A DNA stretch of 64,000 nt from a virus (Duplodnaviria > Caudoviricetes), in IMG/VR virus record IMGVR_UViG_3300028048_000068, positions 72,628 through 136,627 of that record; one strand, given 5' to 3'. The notes under the pieces are model-generated. The model was given only the letters and a program-made list of their open reading frames with translations, was not told where the DNA came from and searched no databases. Below are positions 38,870 to 47,828 of this stretch, piece by piece (position 1 is the stretch's first letter; every line of letters begins with the position of its first letter). The translations under genes were made by a program, and so were the position numbers.

Positions 38870-41800
38870 ATGAGTCAAGTTTCTTACGGAACGATTACTA
38901 TTGTAGATACAAACGACATAGAAAGTATTATAATTGAATATGCTCAAAATCAAAGTAGTTCTGACCCTCCAGAATCTGGTTGGAGTACGACTCGGCCTAC
39001 TTGGAAACAAAATTATTTTATTTGGCAAAGGACGCGTATTCATAAAAGTGGTACAACCGCAGATAAAGATAGCTTTGGTGCAGCAGTTTGTTTAACTGGT
39101 TCAACTGGGGCCACGGGTAGTACAGGTCAAAGTTTATCTACGACTAAAACTCAATATACTCATGTGGCTTCAAATGTAACAATTACTACTAGTAATCATA
39201 CTTCATATAGTTGGACAGATAATGTACCAGAATATGATAGTACTAAGCCCGTATATTGGGGCAGAATTACGAATACATATATAAATCCTGCAAAAACAGA
39301 ATACATAATTTATAAAGATAACGGTCTTACCGAAGCAATAGCCAATTCTGTTGAAGCTAATGCTAATGCATCTGATGCACTTGATAAAGCAAATGAATCC
39401 AATTCAATCGCAACCCATGCAAACGAAAATGCACAGGGCGCCTTATCCATATCCCGCGCGACCCAACAACATTTCTGGTTTAATTCAACAACTTCTGGTT
39501 CAATTGAGGCTGGCGCGTACATAACAGACACTCCAATTGATACGTTTAAAAATGGGAAAAGTGGAGGTTATTTACTTGCTAGGTCCGATGGGTTAGAATT
39601 GGGTCGTGGAACGAATAAGTTTATGACTTTGAGTGCGACTACTTTGAACTTTTATAGACCAGGAACGACTACAATTGATGCAACGTTAGCTTCGAATGGA
39701 TTACAAATTACAAATGGTTCTATTGTTTTGGGAACTACCAGTGGTACTGCGGCGGGAAACGTAACTTTATCTAACGTAGATTTTACTCGCGCTATTAATG
39801 GGATAAGTAGGTCTAATTTAAGATTTGCAATTGGAAAAAATTTTGGTGTTAAAAACGACGGTACTTTATACGGTACTAATGTAGATATAAATGGACGAAT
39901 TACTGCTATTGCTGGTTTAATTGGTGGATGGAATATTGGAACTGATACTAATAAATCTTTATATTATGGTAATCAAGTTCCTGGTGCTACTATAACTAAT
40001 TTAGTTATATCTAAAGGTTCTGTTGAAAATACTAATGCTATAGCAGGGAGTGAATTAAATAAGACTTGGTTTTTAACAGCAGGAAGACAATTTGGCGTTG
40101 ATACCAATGGTATTTTATATGCTAGTGGAGCAAATATACAAGGTAAAATTACAGTTACTTCGGGAAGTAACGTATACACGAAGACAGAGGCTGATGCTGC
40201 TTATGATGCTAAGGGCGCTGCCCAGACCGCAGTCGATGGCATTGAGATTGGCGGGAGGAATTTGTTAATTGGTACGCCAAACTTCCACCTTACAAACGGA
40301 AGCGTATTAGACACAAAGACAAATTTTTTACTATACGTTTGGACGACTCCAGGGAAAACGTATAGCGGATATAAATCAATAATGCCGGCAAAGGTTTATT
40401 CTTCGCCAGGTCATATTACAGAAACATTCGTCGCTCAAAATGACTCGTTATCATATTTTTGTATAAAGCATAACGGCACCAAACACGACTATAACGTTTT
40501 CTTTGATGCGCCAACAGAGGCTGTAAAAGCCGGAGAAACATATACTTTGTCGTTCGATATCGTTGGGGCAAACCCATCTGTAGAAAACGGACTCGACGTT
40601 AAAAACTTTAAACTCGAACGCGGAAACCGAGCCACCGACTGGACACCAGCACCAGAGGATGTTGAGGCCTATACGGACACACAAGTGTCAGCGGCCAAAG
40701 CTGAGATAAAGGTCACTACGGACGGTATATCCACAGAGGTCAGTAAGAAGGTTGGTTCGTCAGAAATCATATCCAAAATTAACCAGTCTGCTGAAGCAAT
40801 AAAAATACAAGCGTCAAAAATTGAAATTGACGGTACTGCTACGTTTAATGCAATAAAATCTAATGTTGAGAATACAGTTAACACCGCCGTAAATGATATT
40901 GAGATTGGTGGGAGGAATTTAGTTGAGAAATCAAATAATGGAAATATATATACATGGATGCAGAATAAGGGAGCATTTACTAAAACTGTAGATGACCTTG
41001 GTGCTACATTTACTATAACTACTTTGCCGGAAGCCAATAGTTGGGGCGCATTTGTGGACAATGGTACAGCTAATGTGGTTGAAAAAATAGAAGCTGGTGC
41101 CGAATATCGAGTGTCATTTGACCTTCGCACAAGTGTTGCTATATCAAATCTTCTTATTGCAGCGAGTGTGAGAAAAACTAATGGCACCGAACCTTTTACA
41201 ACAGGTACTACTATTTCATTAAATACTACAGCTGACACCTGGCATCATATTGTAGCAAGTACTACAGCAGTTGCAACCTTACCTGATGTAGATGATCAAC
41301 GATTATATATTTCGATGCCAAAGTTAAAGGAACAATTGGGCTCGTTCTCTATAAAGAATGTCAAACTAGAAAAAGGTAATAAGGCAACCGATTGGACTCC
41401 GGCGCCAGAAGATATAGAAGTAGATTTAACTAATACGGCCAATGATCTTGAACAAAGAATGTCAGCTACCGAAGGAACGGTATCAACTCTTTCTGGAACT
41501 ATAGATGAACAAAAAGACAATATTGACGATTTAAAAACAAAAACAGATGCTAATTCCAATAATATATCAACTAATGCAAAAGCTATCTCGATGATACAAG
41601 GTGAACAAACAGAAATTCATAATTCTATTTCACAAGTTACTTCTACAACTTATGAACTTGATACTAGAATAGCAGATATAGAGAAAGGGGTAGTTATTGA
41701 TCCAAATGAACCTTCTGTATCTGTAGTGTCACAAAATGGAGCGGTTAAAGTAACAGATGAAAAAGTAATGATTAAAGGAGCCGGTAATACGGTTTCTTGG

Positions 41801-41959
41801 GCCGATGAAGAATCGTTTAATGCAAAAAGATTAGTTTCTTCAGATATTCGTCCAAGATATATAACTTTTGCAAATAATGGTCAGGTAACTACTACCGGTT
41901 CTTTTGCTCTTATTGGACGTAGCAATGGACATATGTCAATAATTAGAACTTTAACATAG
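38870..41959 (+). CDS. Tail fibre / receptor-binding protein with two carbohydrate-binding-like cassettes
   Basis: Two IEIGGRNL...KLE.GN.ATDWTPAPED units, coiled coil, gp58-like ISKINQSAE.IKI.A.KI. Confidence 0.8.
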   Translation: MSQVSYGTITIVDTNDIESIIIEYAQNQSSSDPPESGWSTTRPTWKQNYFIWQRTRIHKSGTTADKDSFGAAVCLTGSTGATGSTGQSLSTTKTQYTHVASNVTITTSNHTSYSWTDNVPEYDSTKPVYWGRITNTYINPAKTEYIIYKDNGLTEAIANSVEANANASDALDKANESNSIATHANENAQGALSISRATQQHFWFNSTTSGSIEAGAYITDTPIDTFKNGKSGGYLLARSDGLELGRGTNKFMTLSATTLNFYRPGTTTIDATLASNGLQITNGSIVLGTTSGTAAGNVTLSNVDFTRAINGISRSNLRFAIGKNFGVKNDGTLYGTNVDINGRITAIAGLIGGWNIGTDTNKSLYYGNQVPGATITNLVISKGSVENTNAIAGSELNKTWFLTAGRQFGVDTNGILYASGANIQGKITVTSGSNVYTKTEADAAYDAKGAAQTAVDGIEIGGRNLLIGTPNFHLTNGSVLDTKTNFLLYVWTTPGKTYSGYKSIMPAKVYSSPGHITETFVAQNDSLSYFCIKHNGTKHDYNVFFDAPTEAVKAGETYTLSFDIVGANPSVENGLDVKNFKLERGNRATDWTPAPEDVEAYTDTQVSAAKAEIKVTTDGISTEVSKKVGSSEIISKINQSAEAIKIQASKIEIDGTATFNAIKSNVENTVNTAVNDIEIGGRNLVEKSNNGNIYTWMQNKGAFTKTVDDLGATFTITTLPEANSWGAFVDNGTANVVEKIEAGAEYRVSFDLRTSVAISNLLIAASVRKTNGTEPFTTGTTISLNTTADTWHHIVASTTAVATLPDVDDQRLYISMPKLKEQLGSFSIKNVKLEKGNKATDWTPAPEDIEVDLTNTANDLEQRMSATEGTVSTLSGTIDEQKDNIDDLKTKTDANSNNISTNAKAISMIQGEQTEIHNSISQVTSTTYELDTRIADIEKGVVIDPNEPSVSVVSQNGAVKVTDEKVMIKGAGNTVSWADEESFNAKRLVSSDIRPRYITFANNGQVTTTGSFALIGRSNGHMSIIRTLT

Positions 41960-41969
41960 GAGGAATAAA

Positions 41970-43397
41970 ATGGCAACAGTTTATGGTGCGTATAACCCAA
42001 CTGGTTGGAAGCCATCTGGCTCTTCTTATTATAAATATTATCAAGCATGGGTAGAGTATTGGATTTCTGCAGAGACGGATACTACTATTAGTTTTTCTGC
42101 CTATATGGGTGTTCATATTAGTTCATCAGTTAATGCTTCTTTTAACGCGAGGTTAGACTTCTCCGATTATGGGGCTGTAGCAACCGCGACCGGAAGTACA
42201 GTATTTGGACAAAGCAATACAGTTACTCTTATTGGTACACATACTTATACTTATCAAAAAGGTGAAACTGCAAGAACTATAGCTACTACGGGATATGTAT
42301 GGTCTTCACAGGGCAAATGGACAGGTGAGTGGGTATCTGCAACTGGTTATGTTACAGTACCAGCGCTTGCTTCTTATGCTATAACATATGACGCAAATGG
42401 TGGTCAAGATGCTCCTGGCAACCAAGTAAAATATCTTAATAAATCAATAACTCTTTCAAGTAGACAACCAACTAGAATAGGATATACGTTTTCAAAATGG
42501 AACACTGCGGCAGATGGAAGTGGAACTGATTACAATCCAGGTGGAACTTATACCGAAAATGCTGCAGCAACATTATATGCTCAGTGGACTAAAAACACTT
42601 ATACAGTTACATATAATGCTAATGGCGGAAGCGGCTCTATGAGCGCTAGTACATTTACATATGATGTTGAGGCTACGCTAAAAACCAATAGTTTTACAAG
42701 AGCTGATTATTTATTTTTAGGCTGGAGTACTACTAATAATGGAGCAGTTGTATATACAAATGGTCAAAAGGTTAAAAATTTAGCTACATCTGGGACAGTC
42801 CCATTATATGCAGTATGGAAAAAACAATTTACTCCTCCAGATTTACAAACACCTAACGCAAGAAGAGCTACCAATGGCATTTATGATGATGATGGTACAG
42901 GGGCAATATTTTCAGTATATTGTACTCCAGCTCGAAAAGAAACGTCACTTGGTAATTTTTCATATATACCAACCACAATTACAGTTAAGTATAAATTATC
43001 TACTGCAGCAGATTCGACATATCAAACACTTAGTAATCCACAAACAATATCTTCGCCGCAAAATGTACCGGCCAATCAGTCAACTTGGACGCTTGCGGAT
43101 TCATCTATTTTAACAGATGAGCAATATACAGTTTTATTCCTTGCAGAAGGTAAAGATAATAATGTTGTAAAAGAAAGTTCTACACTTACAACTATTATAC
43201 CGTTTGCTAAATTTACTGTAGATTTTAATCCAGAAAATAATTCAATAGGAATATTTACCGTCGCTTCTTCAGATGATGATTCTGTGACAATTGCGGGAGA
43301 TGTATTTTTAATACTTAATGATAATGATAGTGGAGGAACTGATGATCGGCTTCTTACTGCTTTTAGAAAACGTGGTTGGACTATTTATAATGATTAA
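41970..43397 (+). CDS. Tail protein with InlB B-repeats (Listeria-Bacteroides repeat)
   Basis: YAITYDANGG...GYTFSKWNT...LYAQW occurs twice. Confidence 0.8.
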   Translation: MATVYGAYNPTGWKPSGSSYYKYYQAWVEYWISAETDTTISFSAYMGVHISSSVNASFNARLDFSDYGAVATATGSTVFGQSNTVTLIGTHTYTYQKGETARTIATTGYVWSSQGKWTGEWVSATGYVTVPALASYAITYDANGGQDAPGNQVKYLNKSITLSSRQPTRIGYTFSKWNTAADGSGTDYNPGGTYTENAAATLYAQWTKNTYTVTYNANGGSGSMSASTFTYDVEATLKTNSFTRADYLFLGWSTTNNGAVVYTNGQKVKNLATSGTVPLYAVWKKQFTPPDLQTPNARRATNGIYDDDGTGAIFSVYCTPARKETSLGNFSYIPTTITVKYKLSTAADSTYQTLSNPQTISSPQNVPANQSTWTLADSSILTDEQYTVLFLAEGKDNNVVKESSTLTTIIPFAKFTVDFNPENNSIGIFTVASSDDDSVTIAGDVFLILNDNDSGGTDDRLLTAFRKRGWTIYND

Positions 43398-43409
43398 AAG
43401 GAGAAAAGT

Positions 43410-43634
43410 ATGTTTTATATAATAGAAACACAAGAAAATGTTGATGGAACTGCTACAATTTTAACATATCAGGAACCAACTAAAAATGGAGCCTTATCTA
43501 AGTGGCATGATGTTTTATATTATGCTGCAATTTCATCAATATATTTACATTCATGTGTAGTTTTAGATAGTTCGCTTAAAACCGTGGCGAGAGAGTCTTA
43601 TATTCACCCAGAAACGGAGATCACAGATGAGTAA
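43410..43634 (+). CDS. Small tail-region protein
   Basis: 74-aa ORF with AGGAG RBS. Confidence 0.7.
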   Translation: MFYIIETQENVDGTATILTYQEPTKNGALSKWHDVLYYAAISSIYLHSCVVLDSSLKTVARESYIHPETEITDE

Positions 43635-43803
43635 AATTAATCTTCAAGAAACACTTATTAATATAGCAGATAGTGTTGATATTATAGGTTATACCACGAC
43701 AGTACCGACTGCAGCTAACACTAATGGCTTAAAAGTTGCATTATTAGATAGTGAACCTGCGACAAAATATGATGGATGGATATATTTGATACAGGAGAGT
43801 TAG
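43627..43803 (+). CDS. 58-aa fibre adaptor-like protein
   Basis: Not in the ORF track. MSKINLQETL...SEPATKYDGWIYLIQES; fills the gap and overlaps the upstream stop. Confidence 0.6.
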   Translation: MSKINLQETLINIADSVDIIGYTTTVPTAANTNGLKVALLDSEPATKYDGWIYLIQES

Positions 43804-43804
43804 T

Positions 43805-44962
43805 ATGAGTTTTAATGTAAGTGGACATAATATATTTGATATTTATGTGGGAAATAGTAAGCTTGACAAGATATTTGTCGGTGAGGATTTGGTGTATTCA
43901 AGTGGGCCGAATTATATGCCTTTATGTTTTGAAATAGCTTCAGCATCAGTGTCTACTGCTCAAATATCTTTTCAACGAGATGAGACTATGGGCGCTGTAG
44001 TTGAGACCTGTAAAAAGTATGATTTATCTTCAATGGTTTCGTTATATCCGTCTTATACAGATCCTTCATGGTTATATTCATTTGATGGAAATACGTGGGT
44101 ACAATATGAAGTAGGTACAAATATAGTTTTAGGGGGAAGTAATAGTAGAAAGGTGTATTTAAAAAGTGCTGTTGATTATACTGCTTCTGAAACCGCACCT
44201 TGGAATCAAGTAAGAGTAGACACAAGCAGTAAATTTTCAACTACATATTATTCTTTTTTAAGATTTTGTTCTGATGCTGCGTTAAATGTTAGTGGCGTCT
44301 GTAATAGTATATTATCTGACCATAATAAAAAATGGAATATAGATCTAAGACGTTGTTTCTTAGGTTTATTCGCTTATGCACCTATTATTAGTGCTCCTGA
44401 ATTACCTGCATTAAGTCTTCATGATTATTCCTATGGTAGTATGTTCTTTAATTGCACATCGCTTACTACACCGCCGATATTACCTGCATTAGATTTAGGT
44501 TCTTATTGCTATTCGGGGATGTTTAGTAATTGCAGTGCGCTTAATTACGCACCTGAATTGCCTGCGCTAAATTTAGCTTCTTATTGTTATAGAGGTATGT
44601 TTGAAGATGCCAAAGTTCTTGTCCCGCCATATTTACCTGCTACAGAACTTGCAGAGCATTGTTACGACTCTATGTTTCGTAAGACTCTTACTAGTAACCC
44701 TGGTAAGTTAACTACAGTTCCTAAACTACTTGCTACTGATAATCTTCCTGCTGGTGCGTATTATGCAATGTTTGAAAGTAATGTAACATCTTCTGAAACA
44801 TCTACAAGTACTTGTCCTTATGCATATCGAATACCATATACCGGTACTGGTACAGCAGATCCTTCTGCAGCTATGGAACCTACAAGTCTTATGTTTGGAG
44901 ATAGTTATCGAACTCCAGCTCTTAATCAAACGTTTTATATAAGTGTTCCTGTTCAGCAATAG
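43805..44962 (+). CDS. BspA/DUF285-like leucine-rich-repeat surface or receptor-binding protein
   Basis: About 5 repeats of P.LPA..L..YCY..MF..C. Confidence 0.75.
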   Translation: MSFNVSGHNIFDIYVGNSKLDKIFVGEDLVYSSGPNYMPLCFEIASASVSTAQISFQRDETMGAVVETCKKYDLSSMVSLYPSYTDPSWLYSFDGNTWVQYEVGTNIVLGGSNSRKVYLKSAVDYTASETAPWNQVRVDTSSKFSTTYYSFLRFCSDAALNVSGVCNSILSDHNKKWNIDLRRCFLGLFAYAPIISAPELPALSLHDYSYGSMFFNCTSLTTPPILPALDLGSYCYSGMFSNCSALNYAPELPALNLASYCYRGMFEDAKVLVPPYLPATELAEHCYDSMFRKTLTSNPGKLTTVPKLLATDNLPAGAYYAMFESNVTSSETSTSTCPYAYRIPYTGTGTADPSAAMEPTSLMFGDSYRTPALNQTFYISVPVQQ

Positions 44963-44970
44963 GAGGTAAT

Positions 44971-45636
44971 ATGGTTATATATTTTAAAAATCAAAAGGCA
45001 TATGAATATAGAACAAATAAGGCGCAAAATGATGCATTTATTGAAGGATGTATAGATGCCGTATATACAGGTAAACGAGATATTGATATAAAGTACGGAA
45101 TTGAAAGTTTATTTCTATCCAAACGTGAAGCCGTATCTGTTGTTTTTCCTATTGAAAGTTCTTTTATTAATTACAGTGATGAACTAGATTTTGATAAAAA
45201 GTATTGTGATTTAAATAATATTCAATATAGATATCAAGATAGAAAAGGCAGTACTGTAATGGCTTTTCAAGGAGATATATATATTTATGATTTAAGATTG
45301 AATAAAGATCATGAACCTTTAATCCACAAATTTATACAAGATGTAATTACATATTTAAAAATTCGTACTGGTAAAGAAGCAGTACTCGATGGTAACGATA
45401 TACTTCTTGATAATAAGAAAATATTTGGTATGGTATTTCAATATTATCCAACAAAATATGGTGATTATAGTTATATGGGAGGCATATTATCTATTAATTC
45501 AGATGCTAATGTGATTGAAAAAGTATGTTATAAGAAATCAGGTAAAATTCCAGGATCATTAATGGAGTATTCGATCACAACAGATGAAATGGTAGAGTGG
45601 CTTCTTAAGTGGTTTCATCAGCATAGTATTCAATAA
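44971..45636 (+). CDS. Lipoate-protein ligase (LplA/LipM)-like protein
   Basis: DRKGSTVMAFQGD (compare RxxGGGxVxHDxG), GNDILLDNKKIFG with conserved KxxG, GILSIN. Confidence 0.65.
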   Translation: MVIYFKNQKAYEYRTNKAQNDAFIEGCIDAVYTGKRDIDIKYGIESLFLSKREAVSVVFPIESSFINYSDELDFDKKYCDLNNIQYRYQDRKGSTVMAFQGDIYIYDLRLNKDHEPLIHKFIQDVITYLKIRTGKEAVLDGNDILLDNKKIFGMVFQYYPTKYGDYSYMGGILSINSDANVIEKVCYKKSGKIPGSLMEYSITTDEMVEWLLKWFHQHSIQ

Positions 45637-45640
45637 AATC

Positions 45641-45666
45641 AAAGACTACATCGTAGTCTTTTTTTT
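45641..45666 (+). terminator. Intrinsic terminator
   Basis: AAAGACTAC/GTAGTCTTT followed by a T run. Confidence 0.85.
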
Positions 45667-45735
45667 ATTGCTTAAATTTTTTAACCTCTTGACTCAAAAA
45701 GTTATAACCTCCTAATCCAAAACCCACTTTCCTTA

Positions 45736-45888
45736 TGAGTAAGGGAGTTCAACCTTCTAAAATAAAAAGTTAAACTTACTAGCCAAACCCCCTTACTCAA
45801 GTTAACCGATAGGCACAAGACTTAACTCTTTGAGCCTAGGGATAAACTAATTTACATAACTTCTCTAGGCTCAACCCTACATAGGAGG
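45736..45888 (+). ncRNA. Candidate structured 5' leader or ncRNA of the 45.9-49.5 kb operon
   Basis: Three abutting stems: 45736-45/45790-99, 45800-05/45822-27 and 45830-42/45862-74. A small CCT/AGG hairpin overlaps the RBS. Confidence 0.5.
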
Positions 45889-45895
45889 TATATAA

Positions 45896-46273
45896 ATGTC
45901 TTACGTCTATTACAACCCAAATCCACTTAAACTATCCGTTGGCGATTGCACAATCCGCGCCATTTCATGCGCATTAAACTTCACATGGGAACAAACTTAC
46001 AACGCACTCGCACGGCAAGGCTTCGAAATGTGTGATATGCCATCGGCTAATAGAGTATGGGGAACTTTTTTGAAGCAACAAGGTTTTAAAAAGTATCAAA
46101 TGCCAGACCTATGTCCAGATTGTTATACAGTTAGAGATTTCTGTTATAATAGTCCCTATGGCACGTTCATTCTCGGAACGGGAGAACACGTAGTATGTGT
46201 CATAGATGGAGATTACTATGACTCTTGGGACTCTGGCAACGAGATACCATTATATTATTTTAAAAGGAGTTAG
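45896..46273 (+). CDS. Small papain-fold (C39-like) cysteine peptidase
   Basis: GDCTIRAISCAL...GEHVVCVIDGDYYDSWDS gives a candidate Cys-His-Asp triad. Confidence 0.6.
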   Translation: MSYVYYNPNPLKLSVGDCTIRAISCALNFTWEQTYNALARQGFEMCDMPSANRVWGTFLKQQGFKKYQMPDLCPDCYTVRDFCYNSPYGTFILGTGEHVVCVIDGDYYDSWDSGNEIPLYYFKRS

Positions 46274-46275
46274 TC

Positions 46276-46707
46276 ATGGCTTACAACAATTATTTTCCAC
46301 AGACGTATACGTCTCCGACTTACACATACGGCGCGACTGCAGCCCCTGTACAGACATGGGCGACACCGGCGCAATCGACAAACCAACAAGTAAATGCAAT
46401 TAATTGGGTACAAGGTGAAGCTGGCGCAAAATCAGTACCCGTGGCGCCAGGTCAAAAGGTTCTGCTTATGGATAGTGAAACCAATGTATTCTATGTCAAA
46501 TCATCTGACGTCTCTGGTATGCCATTACCTCTTCGTATTTTTGAATACAAAGAGGTGTCCAAAGTCGCGTCAGACGAGGTGAACGCTAGCGCGCAGAATA
46601 CGTATGTCACCCACGAAGAGCTTGAGCGTATACTTGCAGATTTAAAAACAAAAGAACAGTCAAAACAAGAGAAGAAGGAGGTAAAGAAAAATGAGTTCAT
46701 TATATAA
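46276..46707 (+). CDS. Conserved hypothetical protein (Y/P/Q-rich N-terminus, beta domain, YVT..E coiled coil)
   Basis: WVQGEAGAKS...LMDSE..FYVKS.D..GMP motif. Confidence 0.8.
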   Translation: MAYNNYFPQTYTSPTYTYGATAAPVQTWATPAQSTNQQVNAINWVQGEAGAKSVPVAPGQKVLLMDSETNVFYVKSSDVSGMPLPLRIFEYKEVSKVASDEVNASAQNTYVTHEELERILADLKTKEQSKQEKKEVKKNEFII

Positions 46708-46894
46708 TGATTTCAATCCAGGACCAATAGGTAATATTGCCAATCTTCTTTCTCAATTTCACCAGTTTAGCTCGACTTTTTCTGGCAATCCAGAAATGCG
46801 AGTAAAACAAATGCTACAAAATGGTCAGATGAGTCAAGAACAATTTAATCAAATAGCTCAAATGGCTAATCAGTTATATCGTTTTATTAAGTAA
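46691..46894 (+). CDS. Small Q/N/M-rich helical protein
   Basis: GNPEMRVKQMLQNGQMSQEQFNQIAQMA. Confidence 0.8.
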   Translation: MSSLYNDFNPGPIGNIANLLSQFHQFSSTFSGNPEMRVKQMLQNGQMSQEQFNQIAQMANQLYRFIK

Positions 46895-46948
46895 TTTAAA
46901 GTCTTGTGTCTATCTCACTAAATTTTTATTTTTAAGGAGGTAGACTAA

Positions 46949-47051
46949 ATGTCACTTACAGATGGTAATGGATTAAGTGCTGCTGATGTTGCAGCAGTAA
47001 CAGGCAACGGCGGTGGCTTCGGCAATGGCTGGGGCGGAGATGGTGCTTGGT
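46949..47051 (+). CDS. Exon 1 of a 268-aa Gly/Trp/Cys-rich membrane coiled-coil protein
   Basis: Not in the ORF track. AAGGAGG RBS, MSLTDGNGLSAADVAAVTGNGGGFGNGWGGDGAW, then the T of a split TGG codon. Confidence 0.85.
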
Positions 47052-47211
47052 AGATAACTGCCAAGGGTAAATCGCGGAATTAAGCGGGAAGGCTGAGATG
47101 CTAATCCGAACCGAAGGTTATAGGTAAAACTATAATCAGGGGCAACGCATAGGTTCTGAAACTCTATATGAGAATATAATGAACCCACGAGGCCGCGATA
47201 GTTTTTAGAAC

Positions 47212-47240
47212 TTGACATTTTAATATAATTATGATATAAT
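47212..47240 (+). promoter_or_regulatory. SigmaA promoter inside the intron for the HNH gene
   Basis: TTGACA-N17-TATAAT with TG extension. Confidence 0.8.
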
Positions 47241-47278
47241 ATAATTAGGAAAATTAGAATGTCAATAAGAGGTACGAT

Positions 47279-47755
47279 ATGAAGAAAGGTAGTTTTTATA
47301 CAATAGATGATTACGAAATTACATACGATGGGCAAGTTATAAATAAACATAATGATTATGTTCTAAAAGGGCGACCTAATTCAAAAGGTTACCTAAGAGT
47401 AAAAATTGGCGGGAAAATGATGTTTATTCATCGACTTGTTGCTGAAAAGTATGTTCCTAATCCAGACAATAAAATGCAAGTTAATCACAAAGATGGTAAT
47501 AAACTAAATAACTCTGCTGATAATCTTGAATGGGTAGATAATCAAGAGAATCGTAATCACGCAGTAAAAGAATTTTTACATTTACAAGGTGAAGATTGTC
47601 CTTATTCTAAATTGAATTGGGAGGCTGTAGATTATATTCGAGCCAATCCAGATCATCTTTTACAAAGAGAGCTTGGCGAAATGTTTGGAGTATCAAGAAC
47701 TACCATCGGTGATATAATTCATTATCGTACTTGGAAACGTAAACCTAAAAACTAA
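47279..47755 (+). CDS. Intron-encoded HNH homing endonuclease (I-HmuI/HNH_3-like plus HTH)
   Basis: GYLRV...IHRLVAEKYVPNP...VNHKDGNKLNNSADNLEW...ENRNHA. Confidence 0.92.
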   Translation: MKKGSFYTIDDYEITYDGQVINKHNDYVLKGRPNSKGYLRVKIGGKMMFIHRLVAEKYVPNPDNKMQVNHKDGNKLNNSADNLEWVDNQENRNHAVKEFLHLQGEDCPYSKLNWEAVDYIRANPDHLLQRELGEMFGVSRTTIGDIIHYRTWKRKPKN

Positions 47756-47828
47756 AAAGATATGCTGAACTTATACGAATAAGAAGTATAAGAAATAAGA
47801 GATAAAAAACTCTTATGATAACAAATTG

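Larger units (their letters stand above)
47052..47828 (+). mobile_element. Group I intron (777 nt) with HNH homing endonuclease
   Basis: P1 CUUGGU|AG..CUGCCAAG with U.G at the splice site; P3 AUCGCGG/CCGCGAU; P7 GCAUA/UAUGC; terminal G47828; P10 UAACU/GGUUA. Removal restores the frame (GAW-W-LLVLFLFAF). Confidence 0.88.
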
